The notes under the pieces are model-generated. The model had not been told where the DNA came from, did no database searches, and was given only the letters and a program-made list of their open reading frames with translations. Made by a program: the position numbers and the translations under genes. 53,394 nucleotides of DNA from positions 1-53,394 of the IMG/VR virus record IMGVR_UViG_3300021425_002207; one strand, written 5' to 3'. Positions within the stretch are counted from its first letter, which is position 1. Every line of letters begins with the position of its first letter. Source of the DNA: a virus. Taxonomy: Duplodnaviria > Caudoviricetes. Shown piece after piece: positions 17,816 through 26,693 of the stretch.

Positions 17816-18691
17816 ATGATGTCAGGACCTAGATTAGCAAAAAATTATGTTTCTAACTATCTCTCAAACGACTTACCTTCTAGGTTGGTAACGTACCGCA
17901 ACCATTGGGGATTGAGTCAGAGGCAGTTACCTGATCCTGTACGCTATTTGAGTTATGAGCCGTTTGCTTTAGACAGGTGGCCCACGATTATCACACTTGT
18001 GATCAACACCCGTTCTGTTACTCGTGACGGCTACGAATCTGATGCCGATCCGAACTATCGGGTTGCTTATGAGATGCGGACTTATGTGTGGGCACGTGCA
18101 AATGGTGCCGAGACTGTCACTGAGCAGCGAGACAATCTTACAACCGTTGTCCGAGAGGCGCTTATGGATGGCCCGTCTTTGTCGGCTCACGATTCCAGTG
18201 TGCCGTGTTACCCAAAGATTGATGAAGGAACAATCCGAGAAGAATTTTCTGATTTAACTTTGATTAAGGGTGAGCGGTTGCTTGCGGGAGCATACATTGC
18301 GTATGATCTTGCACTCAATGAGATTATTGATGTGGACGCTCTGGGCGTTATGCAGGACGGTCAGCCTACAGTCTCTAAGATTGCGATTACTCCAAATTCC
18401 CCAACTAACGTAATTGCGGTTAGCGGTAACTCCCAAGTTACTTTGACATGGGATACCTCAACTTGGAACGGGGGTGTCCATCCTATTACTGGGTATGCTA
18501 TTCAGCAGTCTACGGATGGGGGAACCACGTGGACTTCTACTATTTCTGATACAGGTTCAGTCGATCCGTTGTATATTGCTACGGGTCTAAATAATGGTAC
18601 GGCTTACAAATTTAGAGTTGCTGCTCTGAATAAGGCGGGATCAAGCGACTATTCGTCGGCTTCTGTTTCAGTGACACCTGCGGCTAGTTGA
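17816..18691 (+). CDS. Tail terminator/neck protein with C-terminal fibronectin type III domain
   Basis: Position before the sheath gene; FN3 signature P.SPTNV.A..GN.QV.LTW...GG..PITGY.IQ...TGL.NGT.YKFRVAA.N.AG. Confidence 0.75.
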   Translation: MMSGPRLAKNYVSNYLSNDLPSRLVTYRNHWGLSQRQLPDPVRYLSYEPFALDRWPTIITLVINTRSVTRDGYESDADPNYRVAYEMRTYVWARANGAETVTEQRDNLTTVVREALMDGPSLSAHDSSVPCYPKIDEGTIREEFSDLTLIKGERLLAGAYIAYDLALNEIIDVDALGVMQDGQPTVSKIAITPNSPTNVIAVSGNSQVTLTWDTSTWNGGVHPITGYAIQQSTDGGTTWTSTISDTGSVDPLYIATGLNNGTAYKFRVAALNKAGSSDYSSASVSVTPAAS

Positions 18692-18716
18692 TCGGGATAG
18701 ATTCAAGTAATAGTAT

Positions 18717-18755
18717 AGTTCCGGTGACTGCTAGACGTTTGGTGGTAATATAATA
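18717..18755 (+). promoter_or_regulatory. Putative late promoter upstream of the tail sheath gene
   Basis: AGTTCCGGTGACT..TTGGTGGTAATATAATA; gap-free match to 9763-9801. Confidence 0.6.
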
Positions 18756-18836
18756 GTTGATAGAGCAGACGCTTTGCGTTTTGCCCGCAGGGCAGACAAT
18801 ACTGGTATTGTAATCTAATGAATATGGAGGCTAAAC

Positions 18837-20327
18837 ATGCCGGGAGTTAATATTACAACCGCAGTGCGCACTGGTCCTGTGGGTACAGGCGACATTGTAT
18901 CAGGTCAGGTGTTTATGGTTGGTGAGACCGAGCGTGGTCCTTTGGACGAGCCTACGCTTCTTAGGTCTTTCAGCGATTTCACCACCTACTACGGAAACTA
19001 TAAATCAGGAACCCTTTACTCGCACGTAAAGACATTCTTTGATGAGGGCGGAAGCCGTTGTCAGGTAATGCGAGTTCTTGGTTCTAACAGTGCAGCAGGC
19101 GCAATTTCGCTTGTTGACTCTGCTGGTTCGGCTACGATGACCATCACCGCTAAGAACGCTGGTGCTTGGTCAGACAACCTTGATGTTGATGTTGTTGAGG
19201 CCGACAGTTCTGGTTTCCGAATTGAAATTTATCTAGACGACGCTCTCTTGCTTCGGACTCGTGACCTTACATCCACCACGGATGCAATCAACGTTCTGAA
19301 TGCTTCAGAGGTCAACCACCTTATTACGGCGGCTGATTCTGGTACGAGCAATGATCCTGATCCTACCGAGAATACCAAGACTGCCCTTAGTGGTGGCGAT
19401 GATGGTGATGCGATTGCGGCGGCAGACATTGTTTCCGCTATGGACAATGTTAGCATTAACCTTGGTCCGGGTGCGATTTGCGCTCCGGGTCAGACCGGTA
19501 CAACGATTTGGGAAGGTCTACGTGATCACGCTAAGGATAATAAGCGTATCGCCCTCCTTGGCTTTGGTTCCGGCGATAGTGCGGCTGCGGCAAAGACTTC
19601 GGCTGCGTCTTACTATGCTGATGCCAATGCTAAGAGTATGGCTTTCTACTGGCCGCATGTCAAGGTTCCTGCTCCGAACGTTTCAGAGTTGGCTACTGGC
19701 GAATCAACGATTCAGGGCGGCACAGTAACGATTTCTCCTGAGGCTTATGCTGCGGCGGCTCGTGCTCGTGCAGTTCAAGCGGCGGGTGGCCCATGGCGTG
19801 CAGGTGCTGGTCTTATTTCAGCGGCCAGTACCGTTACGGCTTTGGCTCAGGATGTCACTCCTGCAACCGGTGATGCGCTTGATGCGGCTCGCATTAACGC
19901 TTTGCGCAAGGTTGGTAACTCCATCCGTGTGTACGGTGCACGCTCAGCGTCTAACGATGAGGCCAACTGGCGTTACATTACTCAACAGGATACCATGAAC
20001 TATATTATTGATGGAGTGGAGAACCGCATGGAGCGCTTCGTCTTCTCAACCATTGACGGCAGAGGTGGACTGTTTGGTCGAATCAGAGGCTCAATTAAGG
20101 GCTTCCTTGATCCGATTCGTGTTGCTGGTGGCTTGTTTGAAGCCTACGACGATGACGGTGTTCTTATTGATCCCGGCTACAACGTTGTGGTTAACTCAAA
20201 CATTAACCCTGCAACCCAGTTGGCAACCGGTGTTGTCAAGGCTCAGGTCGGCGTGCGAGTTTCAGGCGTTGCTGATTTGATTGATATTGTTATCACCAAG
20301 AGCAACTTGTCGGCTCCCATTATCTAA
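18837..20327 (+). CDS. Contractile tail sheath protein
   Basis: MPGV.I, FMVGETERGP.DEPTL.RSFSDF..YYG, FF.EGG, RIN.LR...IRVYGARS, WRYI, FVFSTIDG. Confidence 0.95.
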   Translation: MPGVNITTAVRTGPVGTGDIVSGQVFMVGETERGPLDEPTLLRSFSDFTTYYGNYKSGTLYSHVKTFFDEGGSRCQVMRVLGSNSAAGAISLVDSAGSATMTITAKNAGAWSDNLDVDVVEADSSGFRIEIYLDDALLLRTRDLTSTTDAINVLNASEVNHLITAADSGTSNDPDPTENTKTALSGGDDGDAIAAADIVSAMDNVSINLGPGAICAPGQTGTTIWEGLRDHAKDNKRIALLGFGSGDSAAAAKTSAASYYADANAKSMAFYWPHVKVPAPNVSELATGESTIQGGTVTISPEAYAAAARARAVQAAGGPWRAGAGLISAASTVTALAQDVTPATGDALDAARINALRKVGNSIRVYGARSASNDEANWRYITQQDTMNYIIDGVENRMERFVFSTIDGRGGLFGRIRGSIKGFLDPIRVAGGLFEAYDDDGVLIDPGYNVVVNSNINPATQLATGVVKAQVGVRVSGVADLIDIVITKSNLSAPII

Positions 20328-20338
20328 GGAGAATATAA

Positions 20339-20788
20339 ATGGCTAAGGCAACTCAGAGACAGATTGTAGCAGAAATTGTAGCACGGAACGACGTGGGTCA
20401 TGGTACTGGCCCTAACTGGGACGACTACTTTGCTACCGTCAGCGGTGGTGAGATTAGTGCCGCAGTTGAGAAAGTATACGATGGTAACAGTACGTTCCCT
20501 GAGGTACTTTGTGCTCCTGCTGAAATTGGCGACATTACGATCAGTCGATTCTTCGATCCTGATAATGATATCCCCAAACTTGCACAAATCCGTCCGCTTG
20601 TTGGCATGACCTACTATGACCTTACTATCGTGACTCTCAACTGTGAGTTGCGTGAGGTTGGTTCAGAGCGTGTTTATCCGAAGGTGCTTCTCGTTGGCTT
20701 GACTGAGCCTGACGGTGACGCTTCATCGGGTGCTCCTGCTTCTTTCTCACTGACATTTGCGGTGAGTCAGGTCAGCCCTGCTGCGTGA
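20339..20788 (+). CDS. Tail tube protein
   Basis: 149 aa directly after the sheath; F..VSGGE, GDITISR.FD, and PDGDASS..A.FSLTF. Confidence 0.85.
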   Translation: MAKATQRQIVAEIVARNDVGHGTGPNWDDYFATVSGGEISAAVEKVYDGNSTFPEVLCAPAEIGDITISRFFDPDNDIPKLAQIRPLVGMTYYDLTIVTLNCELREVGSERVYPKVLLVGLTEPDGDASSGAPASFSLTFAVSQVSPAA

Positions 20789-20809
20789 TCTAAATAACTA
20801 AAACTTATA

Positions 20810-20842
20810 GGAAGGGCGCTACGTGGGTAGCGCCTTTTCTTA
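20810..20842 (+). terminator. Intrinsic terminator after the tube gene
   Basis: AAGGGCGCTAC-GTGG-GTAGCGCCTTTTCTT. Confidence 0.85.
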
Positions 20843-20917
20843 TTTATAGGGTACTGCTTGCAGTTCCCCTAATAATGTTATAATCTAAAAACATCCATTG
20901 TCTACATGAGGTAAATC

Positions 20918-21655
20918 ATGAGTATTCCAACAGTTAGTAGTCGGGTGAATGTTAAGGACCTTCATCCAAAGTTTAAGGCACGTCTAGAGGCTTTCTTTGC
21001 TGACCCACGTATTAAGGGCAACGTTTCCGTTGTGTCTGGGGTTCGTACCTATCAGCAGCAGAAGTACCTGTATGACGGTTACAAGAGCCGTAAGCCCGGA
21101 TTCAATCTGGCAGCGAACCCTGACCGTATCAATCGGGCGGGCTTCCAAGGCTCATACCATATGAGCCAGCCGAAGTTTGACGGCTACGGTTATGCGGTTG
21201 ACTTTCGCATCATCAAGAAGGGCGCTATCTCCACCACGCAAGTGAACCGAATTGCCGAAGAATACGGTATTCGCAAGACTGTGGCCTCAGAGTGGTGGCA
21301 TCATCAGCCGTGTCGTGTTAGCGGTTCTAAGATGGAGTGGTTCCCTGTTAAGGGCGATATCAAGGTTCCTAAGGCGTCTTCTGTTAAGTCTGAGCAGGCT
21401 GGTGCCCTTGAATTTATCGCTGCTTGTTTGAAGACGGTTGTTCGCAAGGGTGATAAGGGTCCGGTTGTTGAGTTCCTTCAGAAGATGCTTGATAAGAACG
21501 GTTACAAGTTGACTTCTCGTCCTCGCAAGAACTCTGGTGTTGACGGCGATTTTGGTCCGAAGACGTTGCGTGCTGTGAAGCAATTCCAGCGTGATGAGGG
21601 GCTTGCCGTTGATGGCGTTGTTGGTCCCAAGACGTGGAATGCTCTAATTGACTAA
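20918..21655 (+). CDS. M15-family Zn peptidoglycan peptidase with C-terminal PG-binding domain
   Basis: SGVRTYQQQ..LY, S.H......AVD and EWWH motifs; PG-binding GDKGPVVEFLQ..VDGDFGPKT..AVKQFQ..GL.VDGVVGPKTW. Confidence 0.88.
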   Translation: MSIPTVSSRVNVKDLHPKFKARLEAFFADPRIKGNVSVVSGVRTYQQQKYLYDGYKSRKPGFNLAANPDRINRAGFQGSYHMSQPKFDGYGYAVDFRIIKKGAISTTQVNRIAEEYGIRKTVASEWWHHQPCRVSGSKMEWFPVKGDIKVPKASSVKSEQAGALEFIAACLKTVVRKGDKGPVVEFLQKMLDKNGYKLTSRPRKNSGVDGDFGPKTLRAVKQFQRDEGLAVDGVVGPKTWNALID

Positions 21656-21706
21656 TTTTTTTCTGATTAGTTGACACCCCCCACAGAAATTACTATCATA
21701 CCTAGT

Positions 21707-22228
21707 ATGGATACTGATAACGAAATCATTGAAGTGGCCGGTGCAGACAATGCTGCTGCTCCGCCCGAAAAGAAGAAGTCAACGAAACTGACAGTGTTGG
21801 ATCAGTTAAAGGAAGAGATTTCTAAGGAAGTTACTCGTCCTGAGATTGAGATGCCTGTTCCTGAGCGTAAGGGTGTTACTGTTCGGTTCTCTCCGAATAT
21901 CACTAACGAGCAGTTGAAGGCGTGGCGGCGTAACTCCACGAACCGTAAGACTGACGAGTTGGATTCAATCAAGTTCTCCTGCTATGTTGTGGGTCAGACT
22001 GTCACTGGTATTTATTACAATGATGATCTGGTGCTTGATGACAATGGTAATATCGTTACGTTTGCATCTCCGATTATGATGGAGATGACTGGTACAGATC
22101 GTCCGCTCCCTGATGCTATTCGTGCGTTCTATGGGGTTGATCCGCATCTTGAGTCTGTCGCTTTGAAGATTCTTGATTACGCTGGCTACGGCGACGATGT
22201 GGACGCTGAGGACCCTACGAAGGGCTAG
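21707..22228 (+). CDS. Tail assembly chaperone (short form), leaderless
   Basis: Located between tube and tape measure. TTGACA (21671)-17-TATCAT ends 7 nt before ATG 21707, so the track's TTG start at 21671 is the -35 box. Confidence 0.75.
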   Translation: MDTDNEIIEVAGADNAAAPPEKKKSTKLTVLDQLKEEISKEVTRPEIEMPVPERKGVTVRFSPNITNEQLKAWRRNSTNRKTDELDSIKFSCYVVGQTVTGIYYNDDLVLDDNGNIVTFASPIMMEMTGTDRPLPDAIRAFYGVDPHLESVALKILDYAGYGDDVDAEDPTKG

Positions 22229-22419
22229 TAGAAGAACTAGCCCAAGATATTAGGATTCGTTCCGCAGCGAGACTTGCGGAGGCGTTTCATTGTGACCCCA
22301 TCCAATTGTTAAACGTTGATTATGATGAGTGGTTAATTAGATTGGCTGCTGCTAAAGCGTTGGCTCATGATCATGCTGAGCGAGATAGACAACGTAGAGG
22401 TGCACAAGGTGGCTACTGA
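22210..22419 (+). CDS. -1 frameshift extension of the tail assembly chaperone
   Basis: Start-less -1 frame open from 22210 to TGA 22417-22419 (LVEELAQDIRIRSAARLAEAFHCDPIQLL...EWLIRLAAAKAL...), overlapping the end of the chaperone gene. Confidence 0.7.
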   Translation, partial: GPYEGLVEELAQDIRIRSAARLAEAFHCDPIQLLNVDYDEWLIRLAAAKALAHDHAERDRQRRGAQGGY

Positions 22420-22470
22420 GAGCCGGGAATTTCTGTAGAATAACTCTATAGGGATTCCCGGTTTTCTTTG
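22418..22470 (+). terminator. Long hairpin (terminator or processing site) before the tape measure gene
   Basis: 22-bp stem with G-U pairs, GAGAGCCGGGAATTTCTGTAGA / TCTATAGGGATTCCCGGTTTTC, followed by a T-rich tail. Confidence 0.65.
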
Positions 22471-22484
22471 TTTTAGGGGCGAAT

Positions 22485-25400
22485 ATGGCTGTCGAAGAAA
22501 AAGTTGTAATTAAGGTTGAGGTTGATGCTGATATTAGCAATGACCTTGTTGGAATTGAACGTCGTCTTAAGTCTCTAGAAGACCGTTCTCGTGCGTTCAA
22601 CCGGCAGACCCGTGACATGGATCGAAGTGTTGATCGGGTTACTCGCCGGTTCGACAAGATGAGTCGTGCCCTTAAAGGCATTACGGGAATGTTCGGCAAG
22701 TTGATCACCACGCTGGGCAAGTTTAGTTTTATTGCTTTAGCAGGCCAGATCGGTTTGTTTACAGCAGGGCTTCTTGCTGCTAAGGCGGCGCTTGTTACTG
22801 GCCGTGCGGCTGTTTCAGCATATCAGGCATCTTTGCGTGGTTTATCGGTTGTTGCAGCCGGTGTTGCTACTGCATTATCTGTTGCTGCTGCGGCGATGCG
22901 TGAGTTCCAAGAGGCGCAACTTAGTCCGTTCCTTGGTGGTGGTCAGTCTGGCCGTTCTCGTGCCGCAACCTTAAACCGTAGTATTAGTGCTCGTATGACT
23001 GGTCTTTTGGGCAGCGAGGCCGCTACTGCAATCACTGGGTCATTTGCTCGGGCGGGTGTTCGTGGCAGTCAGGCGAACGCTTTGGCTCGCCAGTTGTTTA
23101 ATATTACTGGTGGTGACGCTAAGGCTGCTCAGTCTTTGGCGGCTGCTTTTGCTACGGGTGATTTCACTAAGGCTCGTACTGCTGTTCGTGGTGCGGCTGG
23201 TTTCCAGAAAGGTTCGCTCGGTGGAGTGACCACGATGGGTGGCTTGATGAGTACTGTCGCTGGTGGCGGTGCCACTACGGGTGCGTTCTCTGGTGTTGCT
23301 GAAACGATGGCGAACACTATGATCGGAACTCTTAAGACAGAGTTTGCCGGTCTTAAAGGTATTTTTGCGGATATTGGTGAGCCACTTCTAGGCCCATTCC
23401 GTGATGCTTTCTTGCAGATTTCTCGTATTCTGCGTGAAGACATTATTGCGATGACTGGTGTTCTTCAGAAGTTTGGTGCCGAGTCGTTTGCTCCCACGCT
23501 GGTTAATGTCGTTGATAAAGTTAGCGAATTTGTCCGTTCTAACGTTATTAACAACATGGGCCGTGTTGAAGAAATGGGCCAGTCGTTTGTTAACTTCTTC
23601 AAGGGTGTGCGTGATTTCTTCCAAGCGATTGGTGACTACTTGGGACGTTTAGAGCCTGCTGCTAATGTTGTTATTGACATGTTTAAGGCTATGGGTGAGG
23701 CGGCTGGTGGCCGTGGGTTGTTCCAGCAGTTTAATACTTTGATTACTGAGAATGCCGATGCGTTTGTTCAGTTTGGTACTTCGATTGGTAATGTTTTCGG
23801 GGCCTTGTTTGATCAGTTGGCTAACGGCCAGATGGGCTTCTTCAATAAGTTGCCGTTGTTGTCTGAGATTTTGGATACGATGGCGTCAGATGTTATTCCT
23901 GCTTTGTTTAATGTTTTTAATAAGTTTGCGCCTTTGATGGAACGTTTGCCCGGAGCGTTAGAAGGTTTGGCGACTGTTCTAGATATTTTGGCTCCGATTA
24001 TTGGTAGCCTTGTGGGTGCGATTAATACGCTGATTGGTATTATTAGTGGAATTGGAGGCATTTTCACGGCCCCCTTCGGCGGGGGTGGTTCTGGTATTGG
24101 AGAATTGGCGGGTATCGGAGCGCTTATATACGGTGGCCGCAAGATGGGCATGTTTGGCAAGGGTAAAGCAACTAGACAGGCTATGTCTGCCGCTTCCAAA
24201 GCGGGTGGAACGTTTGTGGCTGGTGCCAATACCGCCAAAGTCGCTTCAAAAGCCGGAATGCTGACCAAACTGGGGAATTTTGCTAAAACTCCAATGGGGA
24301 AGGTTGCAGGTAGAATAGCGGCTCCTCTAGGTATGTTGGACGTGGGTATGACTGCGTTTGATGCATACCAGACTGGTGAATTTACTGGCAGTTCAATGTT
24401 GTCTGGTGGTATGGCGGGTGCCACTATAGGTACTATGGTTGGGGGTCCGGTAGGCACAGTTGTTGGCTTTATTATTGGTACTGCTACGGCTGCCGTATTT
24501 GAAGGAGTAGCAGCATTTTTCGGTGGGCGTAGAAAGAAAGGCTACACTGATGACGTAGTAAAACAGTTAGAATCTTCAGCCCGTAATATGAATATTAGGG
24601 GAATGGGTTCTGAGACATTTGCTCAGCAACAAAATATTTTAGACTTATTCCTGAAAGCACGAAACGCAAGTATGGACGACGATGGGCGGTTCACCGAAGG
24701 CGACACCCGTGAGATGAATGAGTTCCTGTTGGCTATCGGTCAGGACCCGACAAAGGTTCACCGGGATGACATGATTAAGAAACTAGCGAACGGTACTTTT
24801 GCTCAGGATATGGAGCAGGGGCTTATCAATGCTTTAAATTTCATGGAAGAGCAGGTTAATAATATTGCTAAAGCATTAGGTATGGGTGCGGAAACAGTCA
24901 TGCAGTCTTTAGAAGTGTTGGGCATTGATCCCATGTCTGACTTTAATGACACGGCGGCGGCTGGTTTGATTGCTCTTTTGAATAGCCCTGTTATTGATCG
25001 TAGTCGTTTGGTTCTTCCTGATTTTAGTACTTCTCAGGCAGGTGTGGCTAACAGGTTTAATAGTGCGTCTGATATGTTGAATACCTTAATTGGTGAAACC
25101 AATGAGGGTATATTTGATGATGCTACTGTGTCGGATTTTGTGGATAGGTTTGCTGCTGCGGAAATTGCTGGAGGTATGTCCGCAGATGTTGCAGGTTTGA
25201 GTGGTCTGAAAGAGATTCGTGAAAAGGTTCGTTCTGGTGAACTTGATCCTAGTGTGCTGTCTAAGTTTGGTATTCGTGATCAGGAAATGTTTATCTTTAA
25301 CCAGTTGGAGCAGCAGTATGGTTTGGGTGAGGGCGGCGCTGAGCGCCTGTATCAGTCGTATAGCGACGGTGGTTTCAGTATTGAGCGTGTGAGCGGTGAA

Positions 25401-25883
25401 ATTCAGAAGATTTCTGATGATCGTGAGCGTTTGCGTTCGGGTCTGCTTGGTGGAGATATTGCCGCTTTTGCGCAAGTCGCTGGTCCAGACGGTACCAGTG
25501 CTTTTGAGTCCTTTATACAGCAGTCAGGGATGTTCCCCGGCGAAAGACATAGTGCGGCAAGGGGTAACTTCTCTAGAGCGATTCGGGAAGGTGACTTTGA
25601 TGCCGTTACAGCGCAACTAGATGAAGGTTATGAGGGAGGTGCGGCAGCAGCCACTATTGACTTCATGATTGAAAACGGCTTCTTGCAGGAAGCACAAATT
25701 GGTATTTTGGAGCAGATTCGTGAAAACACTGGTAATGCTGTGGCGTTCAACATTACCGGCGAGGTTGCTGAGAACAACTTGACGAGTGGTCAGGTTGTAT
25801 TCACTATTGAGTCAATTCCGGGTGAGTCTGCTGACAGCGGCGACAACTCCGGCGGTATTGTGCGTACTGGCCGTCAAAGTTAA
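22485..25883 (+). CDS. Tape measure protein
   Basis: 1132 aa, Ala/Gly-rich amphipathic helical repeats, glycine-zipper hydrophobic segments, canonical position after the chaperone. Confidence 0.9.
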   Translation: MAVEEKVVIKVEVDADISNDLVGIERRLKSLEDRSRAFNRQTRDMDRSVDRVTRRFDKMSRALKGITGMFGKLITTLGKFSFIALAGQIGLFTAGLLAAKAALVTGRAAVSAYQASLRGLSVVAAGVATALSVAAAAMREFQEAQLSPFLGGGQSGRSRAATLNRSISARMTGLLGSEAATAITGSFARAGVRGSQANALARQLFNITGGDAKAAQSLAAAFATGDFTKARTAVRGAAGFQKGSLGGVTTMGGLMSTVAGGGATTGAFSGVAETMANTMIGTLKTEFAGLKGIFADIGEPLLGPFRDAFLQISRILREDIIAMTGVLQKFGAESFAPTLVNVVDKVSEFVRSNVINNMGRVEEMGQSFVNFFKGVRDFFQAIGDYLGRLEPAANVVIDMFKAMGEAAGGRGLFQQFNTLITENADAFVQFGTSIGNVFGALFDQLANGQMGFFNKLPLLSEILDTMASDVIPALFNVFNKFAPLMERLPGALEGLATVLDILAPIIGSLVGAINTLIGIISGIGGIFTAPFGGGGSGIGELAGIGALIYGGRKMGMFGKGKATRQAMSAASKAGGTFVAGANTAKVASKAGMLTKLGNFAKTPMGKVAGRIAAPLGMLDVGMTAFDAYQTGEFTGSSMLSGGMAGATIGTMVGGPVGTVVGFIIGTATAAVFEGVAAFFGGRRKKGYTDDVVKQLESSARNMNIRGMGSETFAQQQNILDLFLKARNASMDDDGRFTEGDTREMNEFLLAIGQDPTKVHRDDMIKKLANGTFAQDMEQGLINALNFMEEQVNNIAKALGMGAETVMQSLEVLGIDPMSDFNDTAAAGLIALLNSPVIDRSRLVLPDFSTSQAGVANRFNSASDMLNTLIGETNEGIFDDATVSDFVDRFAAAEIAGGMSADVAGLSGLKEIREKVRSGELDPSVLSKFGIRDQEMFIFNQLEQQYGLGEGGAERLYQSYSDGGFSIERVSGEIQKISDDRERLRSGLLGGDIAAFAQVAGPDGTSAFESFIQQSGMFPGERHSAARGNFSRAIREGDFDAVTAQLDEGYEGGAAAATIDFMIENGFLQEAQIGILEQIRENTGNAVAFNITGEVAENNLTSGQVVFTIESIPGESADSGDNSGGIVRTGRQS

Positions 25884-25906
25884 TATCTGGTTAGGGAGAT
25901 GAGATA

Positions 25907-26680
25907 ATGCCCACTATCGTTAAATCGTTTACATCAACAAACGGCACAATTGTAAACCCTAATGGGTTCAGGTCTGCTGTTCCCCCACGGGCAAAGTTGA
26001 CTACGGTTCCGCTGGACGACAACATTCAGATTATTTTTCCTTTTGGTCCGCAAAATATCAAGCATGACAAGTTGGCTGGTAAGACCGTTGAGATTGCTCG
26101 TCCGGGCAAGAAACCTATTTTGTTTTTGGAGAATCCTAATCTTCGATCAGTTTCTTTTCAGGCTGTTCTTGCAGATAAAGATAGTGGCGGTGCTCGCCCT
26201 ATTACCGAACTTTTGGAACAGTTAGAAACCGTTGCGGCTAATGCTTACCCGTGCAACTTTACTTACGGTTTGACTTCTTTGGCTTACAACGTGGTCATTA
26301 CTCAGTTTAGTTATGATGTGTCGTATCGTAATAATGCTGGTGAGCCGTTGCGGGCGCAGGTTAGTCTTCAGTTGACTGAGACTCCTGTGTTTACTCAGGA
26401 AATTGTTGAGTTGAAGGCTGTCACTAAGGAGGCTGAACCTGCTAAGAACACCTACAATAAGGGCGGCGGCGATGACGACAATAATGACGAAGACGATAAT
26501 GAGTCAACGGCAACATCGAATAAAAACGATAACACCGTGTTTGTCCGTACTGACAACCCGTTGACATACTATGGCTCTGTTGCTGCTGTAGAACGTGCCG
26601 CTGAAGCACGGCGGGTTGCGACTGAGCAGCAAATTGAGAGAGACCTAATAATTTTAAGAAACCGTTACGGAGTTTCTTGA
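25907..26680 (+). CDS. Baseplate-proximal tube initiator (CIS tube/GpU-like)
   Basis: FPFGPQ.I, EIARPG.KP.L, LRSVSF and PLRAQVSLQL.E; follows the tape measure gene. Confidence 0.7.
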   Translation: MPTIVKSFTSTNGTIVNPNGFRSAVPPRAKLTTVPLDDNIQIIFPFGPQNIKHDKLAGKTVEIARPGKKPILFLENPNLRSVSFQAVLADKDSGGARPITELLEQLETVAANAYPCNFTYGLTSLAYNVVITQFSYDVSYRNNAGEPLRAQVSLQLTETPVFTQEIVELKAVTKEAEPAKNTYNKGGGDDDNNDEDDNESTATSNKNDNTVFVRTDNPLTYYGSVAAVERAAEARRVATEQQIERDLIILRNRYGVS

Positions 26681-26693
26681 GTGAGTTGATGCT

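Noticed and set aside
22226-22240. Stop-codon readthrough of the tail chaperone, or genome-wide TAG reassignment
   Set aside because: The 0 frame reads TAG TAG AAG AAC TAG. Genes are intact under code 11 and TAG ends many genes normally.
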